A DNA stretch of 64,000 nucleotides from Chlorokybus atmophyticus (lineage: Eukaryota; Plantae; Mesostigma and Chlorokybus algae), in contig RHPI01000810.1 in NCBI GenBank assembly GCA_009103225.1, positions 1,105,965 to 1,169,964 on the forward strand, written 5' to 3'. The notes beneath the pieces are model-generated. The model had not been told where the DNA came from. It saw only the letters and a list, made by a program, of their open reading frames with translations, and did no database searches. Both the position numbers and the translations under genes were made by a program. This document shows positions 55,417 through 64,000 of this stretch, piece by piece (the first letter of the stretch is position 1; each line of letters begins with the position of its first letter).

Positions 55417-56596
55417 ATGACGGAGGCGGCTTTGCGCGGGGGCAAGAACTTGCGATCTGTCAAGGAGCTGCCCATACTGCAGGATGGCCCGCCGCCTGGT
55501 GGATTTCCTGCTGTGAAGTACGGGCGCTCTATCCCAAACAAAGGTTTGTTAGCGTGCATATTTGTTTTAGAGCTACACGTTAACCTCCTGCTGTAATTGT
55601 AGCAAGCAGAAGGTTTTCATAGGCTTCCGTTTCAGTGCGAGTCATGTGCTGCTGTGGCTTAAGTGCTGGCATGTAATGCACAGTGCTCAGTATATTGCAT
55701 GCATTGGGTGGGTGACTACTAAGTTAATGACACTCCCTTGTTGGCCATTACATTTGTTGAACTACGAGAAAGTTTTGTTTCGCGCTTATGGCTGCTCGTA
55801 GACTTGCTGCAGATCTCAGGGCACTTGGTCCATCCCAAAGTATTGACCGTACTCATCTATAGTATTGACCATACTTATATACTTTGTGTACATCATCCCA
55901 GGCCCGCACGGTGTGACGTTATTCACTGCAACTGCCATCCTGATGGGCTACGGACTGTACCGCGTTGGTTTATGCAACCGGGAACGCAGGTTTGTCTGCT
56001 TGTCTGTTTGCTGGTCTGTCTGCTTGTCTAGTTATCTGTTTGTGTCGTGTTCTGATAGTGTTGAAGTATGCCCTTGTCATCACGTGTTACACTATCAGCA
56101 TGCGCTATCGCAGGGCTTTGCAGCAGGAAAAGCTCGCAGCTCGCGTGTCTATCATGCCCTATCTACAGGCGGAGGAAGATGCCAGGTCAGAGTGCACACG
56201 ATTTGGGAAGTATGTTGAAGTAGCTAGCAGGGAGGTCCACTACTAAAACATAGATGTACACAACTATGTGCATATACACTACCTACTTATCTACCTATCT
56301 AGTACCTAGCACCCTGTATGGCTACCAAGCTAGCAATTGGTGCGGTTCTCTCAGTTCTCTTTTTTGTTGAATGCTAGGCCATAACACTGCTAGTGCTGGC
56401 CCCTCAATAATCATCATTTGGAGTCGATTAGTGTGTAGATGGAGGGTGGTTTGTGCGCAGGTATGTTGAGAAGAGGAAAAGGCAGATTGAGCTGGAAGCG
56501 GAGATCATGAGGAATGTTCCTGGCTGGAAAGTTGGTGAAAACGTGTACAAGACAAGGAGCTGGATGCCGCCAGCATCGTTCCCTACTGTTGTGTAA
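55417..56596 (+). CDS. NDUFA13: Complex I subunit B16.6/GRIM-19, 4 exons
   Basis: MTEAALRGGKNLRSVKELPILQDGPPPGGFPAVKYGRSIPNK|GPHG...|RALQQEKLAARVSIMPYLQAEEDAR|YVE...VPGWKVGENVY. The N-terminus is plant-type. Confidence 0.96.
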
Positions 56597-57429
56597 CTCT
56601 ATTACTGTGCAAGCTGTTGTACTTGCTCGCATTTGCACTGTGAAAGCTGCGCAATTTGCATTGATTCGTTGGTGGTGGATTCAGCATGCTCATGTGCTGA
56701 CATGACCGCAACTATTTATGGGTGCAGTTGGCCAGGCCGACATTGCTGTGTGCGGCATATGGCTGCTCTGCGTACACTGGTTATTGTGGGTGGGCGGGTG
56801 GGTGTGGAGCATACATTAATGCCTCGCACACTGGTGTTTGTTGTGGTGTTTGTGCTTGCTACGTGCTGAATCTAGGGCCCTTGGCCCCTGAATCAGTACA
56901 GCTGACTTAGCAGGGCTTGCGCTAGTCCATGCGTTGGTGCCATGGTGGACCGCATGTCACATATGACACGGGCACTCGCATGAGACTGCGCACAATAGCC
57001 GTGGTGCAGGCAACAAGAACCGCCGTAGTTGCATACATGCATGATCAATATGGGGGCAATAGGCGCAAGGTAGGGTAGAGTTAGCCAGGTGGTCGCGCAT
57101 GCGGCATGCAGGTGCGTGTGGTTGGTTGCATGTGGTTCGTGGTTGGCAAATCTTTCTCTCTATATATTATATCAAACGGTCACAAGGTCCTAGTGTCAAA
57201 GCCATCATGCCAACACAACAAGGCAAATCCCAAACAATCACAACGCGAAGACACATCATCATACAACTATGCACGCTAGCGTGCATTAGAAGGCTTAGCG
57301 TGCATTAGTAGGCCTCTTGCCAAGAGCGCTGCCACATCAGACAGGGTCATCATAGGAGCAGATTATGATGGCGGCCAACCTGGAGCTGCACGCATGGCCG
57401 TCGTCATTCTCTCCAATAGAGCCGATACT

Positions 57430-57889
57430 GCCGAGTGAGATGAGGGGGAGGCGGGTGGACTTGGTGGCCTCCGAACCCGGTCGAGATACGCGCATGCTCT
57501 TGGATGTCACGATCACCGCATGCGGCGAGCAATAGGGAGGCGCAGCGAAGGCGGCGGAGCAGGCGAAGCGGCGGAAATACCACGATCACCCCGCCGCCGA
57601 CACATTCCATCCCCTCGCCGCTGAGACGCAGGGCACCCTGGGCCAGAGTTTTCACGACGTCATCGACACATGCGCTAGAAGGGCACTGGCTGCACGTGAC
57701 CTGCCATTGAGCAGGCTGTCGGGCTACTTGGCTCTGTACCGGCAGCGCGTGTCATGCACGCTGCAGCGTGCCCAGGGCATCACCATCCTGGAGTGGGGGG
57801 CGGCAGTCGTAGCGGCAGTACCAGGCTGGGGTCCGGTCCAGACGGCGGCGCAAACGGCGGAAGCGGACGCTGTGCTGGCGGTAGTGTAG
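57430..57889 (+). mobile_element. CRE-like RLE fragment 4 (best preserved)
   Basis: RVDLVASEPGRDTRMLLDVTITACGEQ*GGAAKAAEQAKRRKYHDHPAADTFHPLAAETQGTLG...YRQRVSCTLQRAQG...VPGWGP...VV* shows the D..D-x-T..K-x-x-KY..P-x-A-x-E-T-x-G signature. Confidence 0.8.
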
Positions 57890-57949
57890 TTGTGTAGGCG
57901 TGCTTGCATGCTGCTGGCATGCGTGTGAGTATGCTTGTGCAGTGATAGG

Positions 57950-59150
57950 CAGGGATGACAATACGTAGCTTGGGGTGACGATGTTGCATACTAATGTATC
58001 GTAATAGAGCCACGCCCTGAGCTCGCCGTAGTGCACCAACAATCCGCTGCATGTACATGGACACGAACCCGAACATGCGTGTCGTATGCAACCCGCAATG
58101 CTGGACTACACGGCACGTACAGTCTCAGTAATGAGCTCATGGAAAGAACCACTCAGGGTGCCGAACGTCTCCACTGCCAAAGGAACGAACTTGTATCCCG
58201 CTGCGTGGTCACCGTACTTCCACTTTGTCAACTCCGCGCGCTCCTCCGAGGAGTTGAGTTGAGTTGAGTTGAGTTGAGTCCTCCTAGCTGAGCGCTACGT
58301 ATACATGTGGTAACGGTGGTGTTCAGTAGTAGGCGTCGCTCGTGGCCTAGCTTCAAAGCTAGGTCCACTCGGCGTCCCTGCACCACTCCAGCTAGGATCG
58401 GCATGAAACCAGAGCGTCTCTGCACCAAGTACCCCGCCTCCCGTAAAATATGATACACCTCGTCACGCAAGGCATCGTGCGTATCGCTGAGGAATAAACG
58501 AGCAAGCGTCTCATGAACAACTTTAACAACTGCGCGCCCTGCCATCTTCCACAAGTGGCAGGCTTAAGTGAAGCTTCAACGTCGTTTAACACCCACGCCG
58601 TAGTTGCAGCAAACGCTGTGAGAAGTGTGGTAGCGCCGATGACGACTGAATATGGTGTTGTATGATTGGTGCAACAGCGGCATGCACTGCTATTGCATGG
58701 ACCCTCCTTTGCAAAAAGTTCCTGTCAAGGACTACCGATGCGACGACTGCCGCATCTACGGCCTGCCTCAAACTCACACACGCTGAGGCCCGCAGCAGGG
58801 ACTTCTTTAGTCCTCAGAGGGGTAGCTTGTTGACTGCTCTTACGCTGATCGTATGGGCGTGTGTTCTGTTACTCTATTGTTCAAGTTACACCATACTGTT
58901 GATATGTGTTACGCTCCTCAGCTGGGAGGTATCCTTTCTCGTTAACCATGTCGTCCCACCACAGCTGCGACATCTTATCGCCGGTTTGGCATCATCAAAC
59001 AGTGCTACCATCAAGCAGCTCGATGCATTGCCGCACGCGACCTCCCGCAGCCCGACAGCTGTCTTGCCAACCGTCCAGGAGGGCTCAAGCTTCTCGGCTA
59101 TGCTAGTATCCAGTCCACACCTCGGGCTACTAGCATAGCAGTACTTGTTT
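57950..59150 (-). mobile_element. CRE-like fragment 5, interrupted by (AACTC)n; upstream limit uncertain
   Basis: LKLHLSLP; THDALRDEVYHILREAG; GRRVDLAL..LLLNTTV; KWKYGDHAAGYKFVPLAVETFGTL; MQRIVGALRRAQG. Confidence 0.72.
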
Positions 59151-61157
59151 CTCATTATCTCTGACTCTGGCCACCCCGTATGCTGGCACACCAAAGTCCA
59201 AGGCCGCAACAACATGCCCTGCAATCAAGTGACAGCACTCACCAGTTACAAGTGTGTGTCACGGCCAGACAGGCCACATCCTATAATAAGGTCGAAGCAG
59301 ACACGTTAAATGGACACAAAGCGCATGCAGCTCGCCGCCAGTGCAAGCATTGCGGAAGCCCGTGAAGAAGTCAGTCTCACCCGTGCGATTAATATGCAAG
59401 GCAATAGACATGCGTTGCATGGGCTTAGAGTTATAAGCTCGCAATTTGCAACGCTCTGCAGGTCAAGCTACCCGCGACAAACCCATAGTTGGAACTGTCA
59501 CAGTTTCAATTACAACGGTTGCAGCAACTCTAGTACTAGCGATATCTGGAGAAGATCCTTGTAACACGATCATAATCACCTTACTTGGTGGTGGGTGGGG
59601 CCACAAGCAATGCAGGCGACAGAGCAGAAGCCACCAGTTGTATAGTAGTGTGCGCCGTGTTTGCCATGCACTTTGGGGGCGGCGGTGGCAGGGCAGTCAG
59701 CGCTGTCGCCGTCGCTACCAATGCTGAGGGCGCTGCTGCTGCTGCGCAGGAGGCATCACGCTCACGCCGCAGCTCGCAGGTACATGAAGCACGACATCAA
59801 CCCATCTTGGTGCTTACGCACAACAGCAACAGCCTGAGCCTCCAGCCAAATTGTGGTTGTAGGCATAGTGTCAACATCCAATGCAAGCTGCAAATTCCTG
59901 AGCTGAAAGCAAGTAAGAAGTAGGGAAGCCAGTCTAGCCACATCAAACTACCATGCTGTTAGGCCTGAGCCCTCTCGGCTCTTGAGTATGCCGCAAGTAG
60001 ATCAGGAGTGACCATGCTTATATCTATATATGGCTTTTGCAGCCCCTCAGTTTCTTTGCGTATGGCTTGAATGTGTGCTTCAATCCGGCTCTTGTACTGA
60101 GCTTGGAGAGCTCTGCATCGAGAGAGCTCGTGCTCTTTGTGCTTGCACTTGGTTTCCAACTCATTGCTCTTGTGCATGATCTGGTTGCGGAGCTGCGTAA
60201 TCTTGTTGGCATGCTTGATGCGTGAAGTGCTTAAGGCGTACAGCGTTGCTCCCACTTTGCCCCAACCAAGTAGGAGTGAGCCGGAGCGCACTGCAGCCCA
60301 CGCCGTTGTGCCCGCGTACCCGCTCTTCCTTCTGTCCACATAGTCCCCATCATCACGATACGTGATGCTAACGCGGTACCCGGTCAATTGCAATGGGGTG
60401 TTGCACTTGAGTGACATGCTGCCTCCCAACAGGAACTCTGTGCGGGGGCCGTCGCTGCCTGCCACCACCACTTCATCCGTGTCTACCGCTGCCAGCTGCG
60501 CTTTGTGGGCCTGTGAGATTAAGTGATCAGGACTCTCCCTTGACGTGCTTTATAGCTGAGGCCTTGCTGTCACATACATATACACCCCCTCGTGCATGCA
60601 CGCAGCCACACACATGCACACATGGCCGCTAACCGCTATCGTCGCTGCCTTATCCACAATATCCTTGTCCAAGCGAATTATGTCTTCTGACATTCTCTGC
60701 TCCTCCGATGAAGAGTAGAGTTGAGTATGCTCAGCTTCAGATTGTCCATCTGCATCTTGAGCTCGACTACCTGCAGAGCATAGGGCAAGCAAGTCATGCG
60801 CAGCAACAATATGCAATTGCCTTGTTCGTTCCACTCACCTTCTTCTTGTCCGCCACCAGCATTGCAGCAGTCTTGGGAAAGCGCAAGTTGCCAACATTAA
60901 TGGGCTCTCTTTCCCGGATCAGGTCCAACAGGTTCCTCCGTCGTTCACGCGCTTTGTCCCAGTGTTCCAACGCGTAGGGGTCAGGCAAGCTGTCCATGTC
61001 TATGATGGGCGGGGCGACGTCAACATTGAGCATGCGTGCCACGGCTCTGGCGAGCTGCTGGTCATTCTTTTCTCGCTCTTTCATGCGTTGCTGTGCAACC
61101 TGCAAGTGCAAGCAACAAAGAGCTTAGAAATTCGTTAAAGGGATCCGGGTCTGACAG

Positions 61158-61242
<85 letters not shown>

Positions 61243-61245
61243 ACN
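61158..61245. other. 85-nt poly-C run ending at an N; likely assembly or sequencing artefact
   Basis: Homopolymer abutting an N. C/G runs also flank the gaps at 22.3 and 30.6 kb. Confidence 0.75.
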
Positions 61246-61510
61246 ATAATCATGTTGCGCTCCCTGAGGTCTTTACTGAACATTTAGGTCCACAGCTGCA
61301 GCTCCTCCGTCGCCCTGCCTTCCATAAGCCTGGTCTCGTCCGTTAGCACAAGCACAGCACCTATCTGCTCCGCCTGCAGACTCGAGTGTTTATTGTGCGT
61401 GCCAGTGCAAAGCACACGATGCAAACATGGCCAAGGGTAGTGCTCACCTTTTGCAAGGTTTTCAGCAGCTGCTGCATGTTCTTCAAGTTGTTGCTCATGC
61501 TTGCCTCCAG

Positions 61511-62213
61511 TGTCACAACCCACTCGACCACAAAAGACTTGGTGCTTTTATGGTCGATTTGTGGTAATTTAATGTACCTTCCCGTTACATTCCCCCCCAC
61601 TTAAGAACGCTGACGTCCTCGGCAGCTGGCGCTCTCATCAGCTGGGGAATTTTCTTCCCAGGGGTCTCCGATACCAATGTCACAACCCACTCGACCACAA
61701 AAGACTTGGTGCTTTTATGGTCGATTTGTGGTAATTTAATGTACCTTCCCGTTACATTCCCCCCCACTTAAGAACGCTGACGTCCTCGGCAGCTGGCGCC
61801 CATCAGCTGGGGAATCTTCCCAGGGGTCTGATTTAGGGTCGGTCACCGGCCCCACCATCCAAGGACCGGCCAATTTAGGCCCATACCGGTCAGCGCGCGC
61901 ATAGCCCGCCGCTGCCGGCCCCACAGGTCGCGTCGCCGCGATAGGCAGGTCGCGCCCTGCCGCGCCGACTGAACTGGTCAGTTCGGCGCTACTGCCAGTA
62001 GGCAAGTCGCGACCCATCGATGATGGCACTCATAAAGTGACCATTTACGATGTTATTGGATCGAGAAACAACGACCGCGGAACGTTCGTGTGCAAGGCAG
62101 GAATCGAACCCGGGTCTCAAGCTCCGATGACCAATGTCACAGCCCACTCGACCACAAAAGACTTGGTACTTTTATGGTCGATTTGTGGTAATGTGATGTA
62201 CCTTCCCGTTACA
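61511..62213 (-). mobile_element. Tandem TRIM (non-autonomous LTR retroelement) with three 79-bp LTRs
   Basis: LTRs at 62213-62135, 61756-61678 and 61589-61511, each TGTAAC...GTGACA. 5-bp TSD TCCAG at 61506-61510 and 62214-62218. PBS TGGTCATCGGAGC and TGGTATCGGAG. PPT AAGTGGGGGGGAA before both downstream LTRs. No ORF. Confidence 0.93.
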
Positions 62214-64000
62214 TCCAGGGTTCCTGGAGTATCCGCCACCTTCACGCTGGGGTCGTCAATGACCTGCTTCATTGTGATCGCAGTCGTGCAGCAGGTGTCG
62301 CCTGCACTCGACTTGAAGTCCTGGACAAACAAGGCAAGCACACTTTCTATCAACTGAGCACGCATGTGAAGTTCTGCAGCGCTTGCATGCAACTACTAGC
62401 TTGAGCATATGTACTTCATGCAACTAGTGCTGGTCCACACGTGATAGCGAGCTCATTGAGCCTCAAACATGTTCAACAAGATACAAGACTGATGCATGCA
62501 CACGTGTAGTGCATGTAGCAACCTGCTGTGCATTCTGGTGGCAATCTGTCTACCTCACCTGCAATTGAGGATCACAGGTCTGCGCGTATTCGAATGCTTT
62601 ATCCGGGTTGACAAGCAAGTTGGCGAGGCTGCTCTTCCCAACGTCGGTCGGCCCCACGAGGAAGACCATTCGCGCCTTCCCTTGCGCGCCTGCTTGGTGT
62701 AATGGTGGGGAAGAGGACGTTGACACAGGTGATGATGGCGCTTTGGCAAAACTCTCAGTTGAGGGCTCACCTGTCCGCTTGCGTTTGTGCTCATTCTTGT
62801 TGTTGGGAACTGACACACAACCGCAATACGAGTAGGTGAGTTGAAACGAGACCCTGTGCCCAAAGCTTAACTCAGCTGACAACCTTTGCAACCTCTTGCC
62901 ACACCTATGCACACACTGCATGCTTGCAGCAAACATGGCTGCAGCATTGCTTGAAATGCCGTGTCCCTCCAGGCAGCAAGCTGCACATCTAGCTTACCTT
63001 GACCTCTCACGCCTGACATGGTCGCCACTGGTGGTCACACCGGTTTGATCAACTAACACCACTCGCTCCACAACCTCTGTGATGGCCAGCAATAGCCGCC
63101 TGGTAGCTGGGGACCGCTGCCGCTCACAAGTTGCTGCTAAGCTTACTCACTCACATGTCAGCTTACCGCTGCACGCTGGGCCACTACACAGCGCCACACT
63201 ATTACTCACACACAGCGCCCCTTAGGCTCTGCCTGCCATCCCCGTGCCTGCATAGAACACGTTTGTGACCGCCGCCTCCTGACGTGCGATCCTCAAACAA
63301 GGGGCTGCTGCTGGTGTTTCGCCCCCGCCCCCGCCCCCCCAGCAGCCAGGAGCCAGGGGCAACGCGAGTCACGTCACACGTGCCTGGTGAGCGCACACGC
63401 GCAGCAACGCATGCAAGCTCAGCCACATGTTCACTATCCCCACAGTGACCTGAGTGTGTGATGTGCCACCTCGTACTCTTAAGTCATGTACTGACCACCT
63501 GGCACATGCGCTCGCACTCAAACAGGAAAACCACTGCAAGTGTTACATGCGATGCAACAAGCATAGCAACCCCTCAAGTAGTGCAAAGTCGTGAGTTGTA
63601 CCTTGATCGTGATTGGTTACATATGGATGTCATTATCAATCAGAATAATAAATCTGTGTTTATATCATATTCCACTTAATATTTCATCGAATGGCGTTTT
63701 CTTCTTATTTATAGCACATGTGTGCACATAGATGGATTTGAATGATGGCACATGATTGCGTCAATTTGCCAATTATCACTTCGTGCCCTTTGAAAGGGTA
63801 ATCCATCATATGCAACCGTGTATATGCATTACTTTGCATATGCAATCGCACGATTTTGTATAAGGTAAACCATCTACAAATTATGTTTGTCGCAGCAAGT
63901 TGACGCTTATATAGCTTAACACTTGATATGCTTGATTTGATATGTTGTTGCGCATATGAACGCATGATATTGATATGCTCAATACATCTTCAAGATATTT

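Larger units (their letters stand above)
59959..62936 (-). pseudogene. AIG1/GIMAP-like (TRAFAC) GTPase with coiled-coil C-terminus, disrupted
   Basis: G1 VFLVGPTDVGKSSLANLL; |DFKSSAGDTCCTT..VKVADTPG (G3); GAVLVLTDETRL..EELQLWT*MFSKD. TRIM insertion after DTPGTL, premature TAA at 61284-61286, and an apparent frameshift near 60.72 kb. True 5' end lies upstream and is not resolved. Confidence 0.7.

Noticed and set aside
58662-59138. 158-aa hydrophobic plus-strand ORF as a membrane protein
   Set aside because: It lies antisense to the probable upstream part of CRE-like fragment 5. No family motif or splice support.
61036-61287. Poly-Pro/poly-Gly ORFs
   Set aside because: Produced by the 85-nt poly-C run next to an N, a probable artefact.
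62090-62165. A functional tRNA gene at the TRIM 5' end
   Set aside because: A and B boxes are present, but the acceptor and T stems do not pair properly and there is no clear anticodon arm. Treated as a tRNA-like promoter only.
61511-62213. CRISPR-like array or repeated coding exon (GRYIKLPQIDHKSTKSF x3)
   Set aside because: TG...CA ends, PBS, PPT and a 5-bp TSD identify the repeats as LTRs. The peptide is incidental.

Overview
Intron-rich eukaryotic nuclear DNA (about 50% GC) with scaffold gaps. The gene content combines plant-type genes (COBRA-like, Ole e 1-like, At5g12260-like GT, plant-type NDUFA13 and BAP31) with a four-domain voltage-gated channel. I infer an early-diverging streptophyte green alga (Chlorokybus/Mesostigma-like); this is not confirmed. 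Spliced genes reconstructed by hand: plastid FeSOD, COBRA-like, SPC25, a GT-A-like glycosyltransferase, TRM112, TFIIF-beta, class II DAHP synthase, MFAP1, a secreted Ole e 1-like/propeller-like protein with an inverted decayed twin, BAP31-like, a four-domain CaV/NaV-type channel (filter Q-D-E-E), MSBP/MAPR, STMP1-like, QCR6 and NDUFA13. Accessory content: five fragments of a CRE-like non-LTR retroelement (two tail-to-tail pairs), a ~36-codon NCLDV major-capsid-protein N-terminus relic, and an AIG1/GIMAP-like GTPase pseudogene split by a three-LTR TRIM. The most unusual object is this TRIM: its 5' LTR and post-PBS sequence together form a tRNA-type Pol III promoter (A box in the LTR, B box 33 nt downstream, beyond the PBS). 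All family assignments come from motif recognition, not database searches.
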